From assembly GCA_964247055.1 (NCBI GenBank), contig OZ176050.1, positions 7,750,001 to 7,814,000 on the forward strand: a stretch of DNA of 64,000 nucleotides, given 5' to 3'. This document shows, one piece after another, positions 29,870 to 44,452 of this stretch. A model generated the notes under the pieces. It did not search any database. It saw only the letters and a program-made list of their open reading frames with translations, and was not told the DNA's origin. Source of the stretch: Paragordius varius. Taxonomy: Eukaryota > Animalia > Nematomorpha. Both the position numbers and the translations under genes were made by a program. Within the stretch, counting starts at the first letter, position 1; every line of letters begins with the position of its first letter.

Positions 29870-31531
29870 CAGTACCGTTTGCGGCGCCCCAGGTATAATC
29901 TTATGGCGCCCCCTCTCCCCTCCTCTTTTTGATTTGGTAAAAAAATATTGTGCAACCTAAACACCATAGATAAGACAGCACACTCATATAAATTTTAAAT
30001 CTATTAAATATATATACATGAAGTATATTTTAAATAGGCGACATCATTAAACTCTATAGGTATAGCTCTTGTAATTAGTAATGGTATATTTGTAGTTTTC
30101 TCATCTTGATTTATTGGATCATTAACTAAGGTTTCCAGGTGTATTTAAGTTATTATTATTTAAGGGTACCGTTATATTTGTGTCGTATACACTTTTTTCA
30201 ATGTTATGGTAAGATATTTTCGTTAAATAAGATTTTATACTCATTCGCATTTTATTTGTTTTATTCTCTACCGGGAATCGTTTCCTATTTGCGTAACCAC
30301 TGAGTTTAGGCATTGATATCTGATTAAAATGAAAGTAATCATAAAAATACAAGTTATCTATATATTTATAAAAATGGAAAATGCTGGCTTTGTGCTCTGG
30401 TACCGGAAAACCGGTAAACCCATTCAAATCCAAACTTCGAATCATATAATCATTAATGAATGCCTCGACAATAGCTTCGCCCTTTTTTAAAATAGGCCCC
30501 CAGTTCGGGCCACCCCGTGTGAAAAACGCGTTTTTTTTGAAAACAGAAGTCCACAAAAATCGTGTCTTTGAGACAATTTTCTGGAGACGTGTTGGATCAT
30601 TCAATTTAAAATATGATTTGATTTAGTCCCTCTTTTTGCCCGCTCCCCCCGTAAAATGCCTTTTTTAAAAAAAACAAAGTCCACAAAAATAATTTTTTAA
30701 ATCTATTTTTCCCCCAATTAAACAATATATGCTCCGTTTTAAAATTCCTATAAAATCATATCTATTAAATAATGTTTAGAAATAATCCACATAAGTGGAT
30801 CATTTTATTGTCCCTTATTTCAAATAGCCCTACCCTCGGGCTGCGTAGCAGCACGAGATTCACGCTAGTATTTATAATAAAAACCTACCTTGTTAGAAAT
30901 GGAATGATCTTGGGGATTAAAATAAATAAAATTGGGTTTTATAATTGAATATGATTACAGTCATGTATCCTTTATTTTAAATTTATTTTTTTTTCGTTAA
31001 ATGGGTATAAATATTTGGTAAGGAATGGAAAAAACGAGAGCTTTGTGGCTGATACTTTTTAATATGAATATGATATTGTTAATACCATAGAGCTCTTGTT
31101 TTTCCATTCTTTAACAGATATTTATACCCGTTTAACGAAAGAAAATAAATTTCTGATAAAATAAAGGATACATGACTGTAAAATAAATGCAATTATAAAT
31201 TACAAGAATAATAGGTAAGGTTTTGAACAGAGAGAGAACTTAAAATTATTTAAATAAAGGCATTAAAAGTATTAACAATATGTGCAAAGAAACGTTTTTA
31301 ATGTTGAAGGGAATACCTACATGAAAGTTGTTTTTTGCACATTGCTCTTGATATCATTTATATAATTTTTATATTATTTTAGGGATATTACGTAAATTGC
31401 TGAAAAAACTTGAAAATTGTTATTATTTTTGCATATAAATTTAATTAAACAAATCATTTAGGCGCCTCTAAATAACGGGGCCCGGGGCATGATGGACCCC
31501 CTTGCCCCCTCCCCCCGTCGGTACGCCACTG
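29870..31531 (-). mobile_element. Non-autonomous hAT element with perfect 8-bp TSD, carrying a nested Helitron
   Basis: TSD TAAATGGT at 29862-29869 and 31532-31539; terminus cggtacgccactg; body is the reverse complement of 37068-37850. Confidence 0.85.
30357..30868 (+). mobile_element. Non-autonomous Helitron (family H1)
   Basis: 5' TC, 3' CTAG, hairpin gctgc-gta-gcagc just upstream of the 3' end; inserted between A and T without TSD. The empty site is visible in the sister hAT copy at ~37510-37540. Confidence 0.85.
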
Positions 31532-33592
31532 TAAATGGTATATCTTAAAGGTTCAATGAAAAAAATATATTAAATTCGACATCTATGAATAGACCATGCA
31601 AAATTAATCAGATTTGAATGCAAATATATTATTTACATCTGCTATCGGGAAAAATTCATAACCTATTTGCGAGATCCTAAAGTTACCTTTCAAACTTCAA
31701 ATATTTCATATAAGGCTCATAACAATATATTATTTTATTTTCGACAAAAGGAGGTTCTGCGTTATTAAAAATTATAGGCACCTTAGTTTTATTAACACTT
31801 TCTTTATATATTGTTAACAGTCAAAAATTTAACAACATACATAGGGTAATTTAGTAATAGCTTAACCCTTAATCATTATTTTGCTGCTTTAAATTTGTAT
31901 TGAAAACATAATTAATAAAAAATGGTGAATGCTTTAAATCAGGGGTGTCCAACACAAATGACTTCTCGGGCCGCTTGATCAAAAAATCCGACAGGCTATT
32001 TTATTTGATTTTATTATTAACCATTTTTGCTAGTTCATTGCCAAAATTCGGAAAGATTTATTCAGAAAGTTTAACAAAATTAATTTAACTTAGTTTCATA
32101 AAATTTTGCATTTGATATTTCTCGCGAGAAATATTTTGAAAGGCCGAATGTTGGTCACTCTTTTAAATAAAGCCAAAAATACTGAAAAGTCACTTAAAAG
32201 TATATTAATCATATTATATTTTATATTTGGCTCATCCTTTTCGATCATTTTAACAACAGAATCTAGCGTTAAAAAATACGGTGATGTTTAACAATACTGT
32301 TTTGAAAGTTTTTTGGCTAAAATTTAATTATTGAATATTGTTGTCCTTTATTAAATAAAAAGGCTCATAATTTTTACAATTCTCATCTAAAGTTCAAAAT
32401 TTAAACAGATCCAAAACACGATTGAAACGAATAGCTGATTAAAATCATCAAATATCATATATTTGCTGGTAAAATAAAAATGAAAGTTAATTATTACATT
32501 TTTAACCATAATATATTAGCCTGTTGCATTAGCGATTAAAAAATTTCAAAGCAAAATGGCGGCGAAAAGGTTTGAGATGAGGATTTTTTACATTTTAAGG
32601 GTATTTTTTTAAAAAAGTGTATGATGCTTCTAAAGGCTAAAGAGAGCATATAAATTTGGCCATTACTTAATATATTTTTTGAGATTTTGGAATTTTAAAT
32701 GGTCCTAAGATATAAAACTACCCAAACGGTCATTTTTAAGATTTCAGTAAATCATGTCCTTTATATTAAAAATTATTTAATTATAAATTTTAGTATGTTT
32801 CCACAATAATTTATAAAACATCCAATATTAGTTGGAATAATAAAAATAGATTGTTATGTTTAATCCTACATTACGTTTTATCAGGAAGTCTAAAACAGTG
32901 GCACTTACCAAAATAATTTGAGGGACCTAATTAAAAAGAATTTTGACTCAAGGGCGCATCATATTATACCGATAAATATCGAGGTCTTCGATACATTTGC
33001 AGATATTTATACTTTAAAAATATATCCAAATTTTTAAGTGTCGCATATAAATCGGAAGCTTAATTCATCTTGTGCCATTTAGTTTGTAAATGTTTTAATC
33101 AACCAATAATCACTGACAAACCTGGTTTAGCACCATCTAACAATCATAATACAACGCACATATGGCTGTCAAATGATTGATATGTATTTTTAAATTTATT
33201 TTAAAATGCATGCATGCACTTATAAGGTGAGGAAATTAATTAACAATAATTAATTATCTAAATCCACCGGAATTTAAAATATCAAATATAGATTTAATTT
33301 TTATAAATTAAAAAATATTAAAATCAGATTATCAGTTAGTTTTTCTACAATTATATAAAAGAATTAACTTAAGTATGATCAACTTAGAGTCAAAAAAGCA
33401 CTTTTATGCATGCAGAACGTGGTATGCGGTTTAAGTATCACTGGACTATATAATTTTACTTTATTTAAAACAAGTTTACCCAAAAAAAAACAATATTGTA
33501 TGTAAACATATATTTATTGATTTATCCTTGTTACTTTGTTCGAAATCACAGGCACATACTGAAAATATTATGCTAAAATATTATTTAACAAA

Positions 33593-36500
33593 TTATCTAA
33601 AACATTTCATGGCTTTGACTAAGTGGGAACGAAATCTTTTATTCATAAAACAATATGTAAATGGATTCAAGCAACATGATAAATAGGCAAGCAAATGTAT
33701 GATATAAACATGTTGGGATATCAAGGCACCCGGACCATAGTAAAAGGAGTAGGCATCATGAACAACCCAGGTATTAATCAAATAAACAGGCGTCCAACAC
33801 AAAAAGAATTCAAGAATTATGATGATAAGCATACGAATTATTTTAACAACTCTCACATCCGGAGGTCCAGATTGAGTTTGACTAATTGTTTTACCTTCCA
33901 TGGATGTTAAGGTTTCTTTGCTTGAACTTCGTTTAACAGAGTAGGAAGATAACGGTTGAGCCACCCCATTCAATGATGACTGAATTGAGTTGCATCGGGT
34001 GGAAAGTGTAGAGTTAGCAGATTTATGCTTGTTATTAGTTTTATACAGCTTGTGACCCTTTGATTTGGATGAATCTTGCGGAACAAAGGCAAAAAAGGGA
34101 AATAGCCCCAATATATCTTCACTGCTTGTATCAACTGATACATTTTTTCCAGACTCTAATGCTACATCTGTCGCACATGATGTATTTTCATAATACAACG
34201 AATCCTGATAAGCAGTTGGAGTCATGGGCACTAGCAATAATTTGTTCAAAACTTTATGCGGAGACCCAAAATTGGAAGTCTTATCTGACTTTTTGTCAGC
34301 ATAAAACATTTTGTATGGACTGTTTTTTATGCGCGACATCAAAGTAGTACCATTTATATTTGTGTTGGTAGCAATCAAATGACCTTTCCCTTTGTTACTT
34401 ACAGGGTCCGTGGATAGAGTAGACACTAATTTGCTCGTTGAAGGCATATTTTTTTTAAAATTTTGCAACAATGCTGTGCCCCTTCGGTTCAAATTTATAG
34501 CCAAATTTTGGGCAATTTTACTGTACGCAAGGGTCATTAACATCAAAGGTATGATGAATAAAATAAAATTTATTAACCAGTTGAAACTCAAAGCACATTG
34601 GTTGTTTGGCCAGCTTTCCCGACACGCTCTAACCTATATAGAAAATATAACTATGAATCTATATCTTTAGTAAATCGAATTTAATCAAGAGCAAGTTAGG
34701 AAAACATTGTAAAGCGGGGTTAGGTTTAGAAAAGTATTATGGGTGAGGTCGTCAGAACAAAAAATTAGGGTAAAATAAAATATTGTTTAACTCTTTTCAT
34801 AATCAATAAATATCAGTGTCATCATTAATTTTTTTTCATCTATTAAGCAATGTGCCAAATTTTGGGGTTAGCATTTATTTAAGTGTAAAAAACTTTTCAA
34901 GAAAAACTGAAAGTCATCGTCTAAATATTAAAAAGAATGCAATAGAATTTTTGTGATTCATACAAACCTAGTAGATATATTAATATATGAAAAGACTCAA
35001 TTACATTTATTATTTTTTTATTTTACTACGATTCAAATTATTTCGGTTGTGGTTAGGTGTCTTTTGCGGATAATATATCTTTATGTTTTAGGATAACTTT
35101 ATATTTTGGGTTTTCTAAGAATATGAAATATTTATATTAAACATAGCTGTTAGCCCATACACCATAATTTTCAAAAAACCCCTTTTTAAATTACAAAAGT
35201 GTCATATATATCAATATTATACAATAATTATGTAAAATATATTCTTTGGCTTATCTTTTATTATATTTAAAATATAAAAATATCTAAAAACAGGTATTAC
35301 CCAATATAAAAAGTAGATATTGAAAAATATTTGATTTTTAATTGGTAATGTTTTATTTAGAAATTGCGGTCTTTTGTATTGCCTTATAAATCATAAATCT
35401 ATTATTATTATCATAATGTTATAATTCTAAATAATACATTTTACCATAAACAGGAAAAATATATGGAATGAAGGTATAAACTTAGTAGTTACGTCTTTCA
35501 TTAGATATACAGATTCACTTGATTACAAAATTTTAATTTGTCAGTTTGAGCTAGTTATCCAAACTAGAAAAATATATACAATTTTTAATCAAAAATTTCA
35601 GAAAAATTTAAAATAATAAACATACTGTTAATATATTTTATGAAAAATATATCCTTGATTAAAATTAGACAACTTACAACGACTTCTTTCACATTTTTAT
35701 CATTCATGTATGCACAAGAAAATAAATTTTATTAACTTTTTTTGAAAATTTATATAGTTTATGTTGTTCTATCAATCAAAACCTAATTCTTATGTACAAG
35801 ATATAATATTATGTTACTACAACCTGTTTAACTAATGAGGTGGGGGAACTGCTAGAGCCAGTTCGTGTTGAAACATATGGCCCCGCTATCTGAGAACTCT
35901 GATTTATGGAGAGTAAATAATGCGCATATAAATCGTATTCTTGTTCAATCAAGATGTCGGGATGACTAAGGCTAGATATAACAGGCCCCGTTTGTATCGT
36001 TCCATTTCGGTTGTGATTTATTGCAATTTCCTCCAAAGCTAACGATGGATTTTGTATGGCTTTTATATACTTTACTACGTTGTTTTCTAACGTTTCATTC
36101 GTTACATAATGATAATTAATTTGAATTAGCTTGTTTACAAATATTAGGGGACTCATAATGAGTGCCGAGCATAACCAAATCAACGTGTTGATTTTGATAG
36201 CATGATTTCGTGTTTGCCATTTCTTGGATTTTAATGGATGTCTTATGGCACAGTATCGTTCCAGAGAAAGAGCTACCAATGTCCATATGTTCGCACTGAT
36301 AGATGTAGCTAGAAATATAATTTATGATATTTTTATCTGATATTAAATAAATCAAATATTTTTATCTTATATGGTTTAAAACTAAACCTATAATAAGATA
36401 TAAATTGAATTTCTGAAAAGTTGTCAAATTATCAACTCAAAGAAAACTAATTATTGAATTCGCTGATCCCCAATAATATACCACAATTTAACAAGCTTTT

Positions 36501-39500
36501 TCTATTTGTGTCCTGGTATAATCATGGATGTTTCTAGCGTGCTGCTGCTAAAATTTAAACTCCAGGGCTATTTTTAACATATAATCAGTTGATACATTAC
36601 ACAAAATAAATATTATATATTAATTGAGGAATGAGAATTAATATACATTATTAAGAAACATGATCACTTCATAAATATTCATGATTTAAGTTGATTCTGC
36701 AATTCTTGACAAACTTAAAGGATTGGAATGAGCTATTAACATATCTTAAAATTCCCATGTCCTTAATAACTTATATAATGAATTAATAAATCATGACATA
36801 ACATAGAAATATAAAATGTCTTTAGTTCTTATTTTCTGTATTTCAAGGAATTTTAGATAGCATATTTTTAGTTAATCCTAAAGTCGTTTAAATACTTAAA
36901 TACAATTCATGCCGTTTTAAATGGAAAGAACCAAGGAGATTACAGTAAAACAATAATGAAAATATTCTTATTTCCAACGCTCAAAATTTTATAATCTCTG
37001 AACTTTTTTTTTGAAACAATAGTCAATATAAAAAAATAATTAGTACTCCTTGGATATTAGAAGTAATCAGTGGTGTACCGAGGGGGGCAAGGGGGTGCAT
37101 CATGCCCCGGGCGCCGTTATTTAGGGGCGCCTAAATGATTTTTAAATAAAATATAAATTATGAAAAAATAATAACAACTTTCAAGTAGGTTTTTCAGCAT
37201 ACCTAATAATCCCTAAAATAATATAAAAATTATATAAATGAGATGAAGAGCAAACATTATGAAAAAAACAACTTTCATGTAGGTATTTCCTTCAACATGT
37301 GCAAACTATTTTTTCGCTTAAAAAACAATTCTTTATCACGCACATATTGTTAATTCTTTTATTGCCTTTTAATTAAATTATTTATCTTCTCTTTCTGTTT
37401 AAAACCTTATCTCTTAGTCTTATAATTTATAATTCTATAAATCATATTTAATTTCAAACCCAATTTTATTTATTTAAATCCCGAAGATCATTCCATCTCT
37501 CACAAGATAGGTTTTTATTATAATAGAGCCTTGTATTTTTCATAATTACTTTCATTTTTATCAGATATCAATGCCTAAAATCAGTGGTTACACAAATAGG
37601 AAACGAAAAATTCAGGAAGAGAATAAAACAAATAAAATGCGAATGAGTATGAAATCTTATTTAACAAAAATATCTGACCATAACATTAAAAGAAGTGTAT
37701 GCGACACAAACATAACAGTAACCCTTTAAATTAATAACTAAAATACACCTGAAACCCTAGTTAATCTAATAAATAGAGATGGAAAACTACAAATATACCA
37801 TTACTAATTCCAAGCGCTATACCTATAGAGTTTAATGATGTCGCCTTTTTAAAATTTACTAATAATAAAGTTCCCGTACTATCTAATCAACTTCGCACAG
37901 AAATGATTATTTGTGGATCTCAAGGATTTTAAAATAAATGCAATCTCCTCGGAACAAAAAATCATCGTCAATGCCCCAATCTTGGTTTTATCGACGTGTC
38001 GGTAAAAAACAAGGCTTTGAAGATGGGCCTTGGCTTTTATATTCACCAAAGAACAGATCTGAGTATTGTTTTTGTTGCCTACTTTTTGATCGTTTTAATT
38101 CTTTACCATCATCTTTAATAAGTACGCATGGTTTTAATTAATGGAGGAAAAAAGATAAATTAATCCATCATGAAAATAGCATCAATCATCGGAAAGCATT
38201 TACTACTTGGAAAGAGGTAGAACAAAGATTTTACGGATTCTCGGTAGACACTCGAGGTAAGTCCTTATTTTATTGCCCTGGCGTCATAAAAAGGCATATA
38301 CTATAGTCGAACATATTGTTAAAAAATTAAGTTCTTTATTTTTAGCCAAAAAAGTTTAATTGAAGGAGGTTTTTTTCCCAATATTTATATATACATTATT
38401 GGTAATTTCCATGTTTGGAATGAGAAATATCAAATATTTATCAGTCCATTGCCTTTTGGAGAAAGCGATTTCAGACTTAAACATAAGTGATATCTATGAC
38501 ATTAAGCAACAAAAACATACATTCTATGGCCTTTAAGGCGCTTTTTCCAAAAATAATTTTAAAAGTGAATATGGGAAAATTTATTTCAATTTTTGCTGCA
38601 ATTTTTTTGTTTATTATTACATGGCTAAAAACTGGCAAAATTAAAATAAATTTGAAATGATTAGGATTATATTTTAACAGATAATAACGATAACTTCTTA
38701 AATCAGCTGCTTGCTTCAAATAAATTAAGGTACTTTAAAATTTCGTCTTCTTTTTATTTTAATCAACTTCTGTGGAATAAAACATAATTTATTTAGCATG
38801 CAACATTTTGCATTATCTCCATTGAAAAAGGCTTAAATTTCGGTAGTCATATTTTATCATCGCGAGATGAGTAGGAATAGAAAAAATTGATTGTTTAATA
38901 ACGTTTAAAATTTTGAGATCTCTACGCAAATTGACATGATCTGAATTCGGACAGTTTGCGTGCCATATTTAGTAAAAGCTTACAAATAACAAATTTATAA
39001 TCTATAAAAAATTGAATACTGATTTCTTAATAATATCATTTAATCATTTTGGATTGATGTAAAACAGCCTTAATATAATTTTTACCTGCAGAACCGATAA
39101 CACTTTACCGAAATTTAATCAAAGGAGAAACAATGTGTGGCAAACATAAGTATTTAGCGGCTTACAATAGACATATTATTGAATAAATTAAGACATGAAT
39201 ATATATAAAGAAGAATACTTTTAGGAAAAATTATGTTATTTTAGACTTATGCAAGATTGTAAACAGATATTGGATATTGTTTCCCAAATTTTGGCAGGTT
39301 GCAGAGAAATTGGCCTGGCATGTTGAACACCCCTGCTCTGGAACCGAAACTGTAAAAACGGCTCTTTACCTATTATTATGTTAATCAAATTTTAGCAAAT
39401 ATTTGAATCTGACTGGTTATTTGCGTATAAATTCTCATATTTTCTCAAAGTAAAATAAATATAGTGCATTTTTAGAAAAAGCTAATTATTTATATTATAA

Positions 39501-42500
39501 CATTTTTTAGTCAAAGGCAACACTTTCTCAACCAAACGCAACATTTTCCATTCAAGCGGAATCAAAAATCGTTTAAAGGGTGTTGCTTTCGACTTAATAC
39601 GGTATATATATTATATATGATAATCAAATTAACTGTTTAATTTTTAAAATTGATTTACCAAAACCAACAATTCATACACCAGTTATTGAAACCCGGCTGG
39701 TTTTTTAACATTAAATAAAATATTGATTATATTTGAAAGATGGCATGAAGGCATGTGCCTTACCAAAAATTATCGACATTTTGCAAAGCGTTAATTCAAG
39801 GTAAATTGATGAATGTATAAAACTCTAAATTTATAGAATTTCATATAATTTGAGGGACTACATAGTCTATCACGATTATAAATATTTTTATATTTTTTAA
39901 ACGATTTAATATAGTCCCCCCAAAAGGCTAATTGTTAAAATATTATTTAGCTGTTCACCGCATTACTGTTACAATGCTTATGTGGCCTTTGTAGATGTTT
40001 TTTACATATTTTATAAATAGTTTGTATTATATTCGAAAAAATGTTTTTTGTAGGATAGAAGTTTTGCAGTAAAAAAATGTTGTCCTTTAAATTTTGAATT
40101 ATATTTAAATTTTGTATATTATTTTAAAAGATATTCCACAAGTTGGCATATTACCAGGTGCATTCATAAGTCTTTACCGGTTTTAAACCTATAATTTTGA
40201 AACAATTATTTATTTTATTTGAAACTTTGTACATTGGCTTTATACACATTTGCCTCATCCCTCAAGTAATATATGGATGACGCCTAGAAAAATTCATTGA
40301 CTTTTGCGGTATACCATTCGTCAAGCCATTTACCAATATATTTAATTTTATTGAAGTGCTGCTCTGCGACGGTGTGCCCCATTCATGCATAATTGTATTA
40401 ATCAGATGGCCCACGTCAGGAGAGGACAGAGGATGCGAAATAACTTCCCCAAGCGATAAGGTTTATACTAGTTTTGCTGTAAAAACGAAGCATGTCATGT
40501 AGTAAATTCGCTATGCCATTTCTGGTTTGATCTAGTTGTTTGATTAGTGCATGGTTTTAATTAAAAATTTGTTAGCGATAGTGTTGTGTATTAACATTTT
40601 CACGGGACTTAGTAAGTTTAATACACATTACTGCTGGTCCCATACTTCACAAAGTATGGTTTCTTGCCGAAACGATTTGGCCTTTGAAAACGGGGCAAAA
40701 TAAAAGTCACAATTATTCCGCTTTACATCTACAAAATAAAGCCATTACTCATTACTCGTCCGAATTCAATGCAAAAATGAGTTCTTTTCGTGACATTGAA
40801 GCAGGTTTATACAAGTCACTTTGCGATTTTTGTTTTGACGTTTATTCATTTTGTAAGAAACCCATTACCGAATTTGTCGGTTTCCCATTGCTGGTAGACA
40901 TTGATTGATTGTTTGTAATTATAAGGCTTCGTCAATTGTTAAGTTAGTTGGATCTCATTCATAATTATTGCACTTTAACTTCACAGTTGTGTGGTCTACG
41001 ATAGCGCCCACACTCTTTCACATCAAAACACAACTTTGGATATTTTAAAATCATGTTTCATATAAATTAATCGATAGAGCATGTTAGACCATATGTTTAT
41101 ACCAACAAACGATAACTTTCAACAGTCTATTTCTTCTGGTTATTCGTGCCGCAAATGTTCCTTTTTAGGCACAAAGTTCGACATGATTGCTGAATGATTA
41201 AAATAAGTTGCTAGTTTTTGGTGAACTCAAATTCTGTGTGTTTGTTTGTTTAATGTTAGAATGGAGAAAATGGTTTTTATTAAATTAATGTCTGCGTACT
41301 TTTCGCTAATGTCTTCTCTAAGTTTAACTAGTAATAACTTATAAATACATCGGTAAATTAACACTTTTTAACCATTGAAAAACTGGAAACAATACTGAAT
41401 AAGGTTGCGGGCTGGAACAATCTTAATATATAAAGACAAAACGTAAAGATAGGCAAAAAAATTTAAAAGACATTACTTTTTTTAACTATGATTTTTTTAT
41501 AAATATAAAAAAATTTTAATACATTAATGAAAGTGTACCAGTTAACATGTCTATTCCTTATTTTGCAACTCAAAACGGTATTAAGTAAAATCAAAATTTA
41601 AATTTTTTGTGTTTATCATTATAATTTTATTACTACTGATAATTAGATAAATATTATTTAATATAAATCAAATTTTAACTGAGGACCAAATCAACCAAAA
41701 TTTTATATATTTTTAATTCTATAATAAATCATCTTTAAATCATAATAATTAAGCTGTATTAGATATTTTATACACGTGAAATTTGGCATAAAACACGAGC
41801 ATTTTTGATTAACTTTGGGCTGTTTATCAAATTGTTTAACATTGACGTCGCTAATTCTGTAATCGATACTGATTAAAGTTTTTTTACATTGAAAATTTAT
41901 TGACCAAAAATAAACAATAAAAAAAGGTAATCTTGTAATATTTTTAATGACTATACATACGATATAGAATAAATACCGAAAATTTCAGAGAAAGAAGATT
42001 AATTTTAATTTTTCTTTCTCCGTAGTTGGATGACGCTGTTAGGTAATTATTTCATTAAGCGATTAATTCACATTAATGTGTTAATCTTTTAAGAATTCGC
42101 ACATTCTTTAATTTTGTAGGAAAAGTGTTAAAGAATAGTGCAATAAGATAAAGGGATAAGCAATATAATAAAATGTTTAAATACGTCTGAAACATGTAAT
42201 ATTTGGTAATCTGTCCCCTTTATCTCGCATTGGAAATTAATGTTTTTATTTGGGATGCTATATCATAGTTTTAGAATTTTTTAGTCTGGGCACTTCATTA
42301 CCTTTTGGGGTAATTTCCAACACCAAAGATATTTTAGATTTTGATATTAACAATACCGATGATATTCGGCTATAATTAATAAAATGCATTGCGTGGCCTT
42401 TAAAAAATTGTTAAAAATCTTTATTTTAGACCTACTGCCACCAAATATGTTTTTTGGTTTTCTAGGAACAAAATGCAAATATTAAAATTAATTGATTAAT

Positions 42501-44452
42501 TGGACAATTTTTGATAAACAAGGATTTCAAAGGCAGGTATTAATCAATTGAAAAGCAATCTATATGATTTAGCCCAGGGGTGTCCAACACTCTTCAAAAT
42601 ATTTTGTAGCCCGCGTAAAACTTCAAATTTCGTAATCTTGGTAAAATTTAATGTCTTAATAAATTTCCTGAATATATTCCGAATTTAGGCAATAATTTGC
42701 AAAAATTGTTCAGTTTAATGTTAAAAATCAATAAAATATTTGTTAATTCCTATATTTTTTCGAAATCGGCCCGTCGGATTTTTCATTCAAACATGGAGTC
42801 CGATAAGCCATTTGTGTTAGACACGCCTGATTTAAGGGAGTTACTAAACATAAGTAAGGCCTTTTAAATTTCATTTTTAGCAGAAATAACTTTAATTACA
42901 ATTAGTATTAATACAAATTTAAACCATAAGATAAAAACACCCCCAAAGCGTATTTTACCATTAAAATTTTGATGTGCGTTTTTTTTGATTTTTTAGTTTT
43001 GTAAAAACGAGATTGTTACTAATTTTTAATTGTTATTCTTACAGTGCACTTTAATTTAACACTAATTGTGATTAATAACACTAAGGACTAAAATTTGACA
43101 GTGGAAATCTCTGCACCAAATAGACTAAGATTAGAGAATTATGTAATTGAATAAAGAACTCAACTGAATAAAATGTCAACACCATTTTAGAAAATATATG
43201 TGACCTTAAAATGTTAATTAATTTGTACCAATTTAAAAGCTTTGTCCTTGATAAAATAGTTATAATTTTAGGATCTCTAAATAATTAAAAATATACCAAT
43301 GACGCCTCTGAAATTCTTTGTCAAAATACTTAAGACAAAAAACATTTATTTAATTTGGATAAGATAAAAAATTCAAAATCGGTATAATTTCTTTGAAGTT
43401 GTGGTTGTATAAAAACAAAAATGCTACAGTTTGCATGAGAAATGAATTAATCAAAAAATAAATTAGTTTTTATAAGACACCACAAACACACAGAATAACT
43501 CTTTTTAGAGATATGCGTTAAATTTTTTTTAATAATTTTTTATCCAGGAAAACAAGGTCACAATCTTAATTTTCATTATCTGACATATTCTAATTCAAAT
43601 TTTTCATATTTTACGCCTAAAATATTAGCAAAAAAAATATAAACAGGAATATATATTAAGTTCAAGTTTCCAATAATATTTCATAACTAACTCTATGAGA
43701 TAAAAATATGGAAAAAATAAATTTATAAAACAAATATTAAAATTAATAAACAAAGAAACCTTTTGAGATAATTAATTTCCTTTTTTGATGTGCGCGCTAG
43801 TTTTCAATATAGGCAAAAAAATGTTATATGTTAAAAATTTATATATATATGGAGGATTAGGTGGTAAACGGATTTTTAATCCTTAAAGTAATCGATTTTA
43901 TTGATGCACATCGAAACGTTAATTTTATTTTAATACATAAATCTTGTAAAATAATTTATCTAATTAAATTTTTAAAAACAATCAATAAATAATTAAAAAT
44001 AGTAATAAAAAAAAAATCTTCATGAAAACTTTGAAATCAATTTCAAACAACCAAATTAAGGCCGAATAAGTTAGTTTTCACAATGATTGAAAAAAAAAAG
44101 AAAATAATAGAAAATGTTCAACTTTAATGAGTGGTATTACCTAATAAATTAGGGTTTAAGAATTTTTTATATCAATATTATGCAAATAACCTTGAAGGAA
44201 TGGAATAACTCGACATACGGAGGCACCAAAAATAAAACGCTTCAAGACAGTCCCAATCACGGTAAATGGTAAACAGAATATAGTGAGTAAAAGATCGGTG
44301 ATTGATATATTTAGCAGGTAAACATTTGTAACATTACGTAAGCCTTTATGCTTAGCTAATGTTAAAATGACTAGGAAATTTCCCACAATAGAAAAAATAA
44401 ATATTAGTGTGCTCACCGTTATAACGGCAATGTTAACAGGTGAAAGAGTCAT
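33593..44452 (-). CDS. CCKLR/CCKAR-like: Rhodopsin-class neuropeptide GPCR, cholecystokinin/sulfakinin receptor-like, 3 exons, ~595 aa
   Basis: Exons 44452-44191, 36308-35824, 34633-33593 (1788 nt, in frame). TM1 IVGNFLVI; TM2 RNVTNVYLLNISITDLLL..FCLPF; TM3 LVALSLERYCAIRHPL; ECL2 CRESWP; TM6 IIRMLIIIILEFFLCWTPVYLINTW; TM7 CCLNPFTYCFMNKRFR. Introns are 7882 bp and 1190 bp. The true N-terminus may extend upstream across a TAA at 44459-44461. Confidence 0.9.
37068..38250 (+). mobile_element. 5' part of hAT transposon with decayed TTF-type zinc-finger (ZMYM-like) transposase
   Basis: TIR cagtggtgtaccg at 37068; peptide fragments MPKISGYTNRKRK and WLLYSPKNRSEYCFCCLLF...GFN*W...HENSINHRKAFTTW; stops and frameshifts; right end not found. 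Confidence 0.75.
40152..41360 (-). mobile_element. Decayed mariner transposon
   Basis: TA-ccaggtgcattcataag terminus at 40152; minus strand 40400-40436 reads HPLSSPDV-x-SD (one frameshift), resembling the mariner HPPYSPDLAPSD motif; right boundary approximate. Confidence 0.5.
42575..42829. mobile_element. 255-bp hAT-type MITE
   Basis: TIRs caggggtgtccaacac / gtgttagacacgcctg; partial TSD atttagcc / atttaagg. Related ends occur at 31940, 39320-39335 and 49345-49564. Confidence 0.65.

Noticed and set aside
30122-30604. 160-aa ORF, and the related 52448-52807 ORF
   Set aside because: They lie in non-autonomous Helitron/hAT sequence; the frames differ between copies and there is no recognisable domain.
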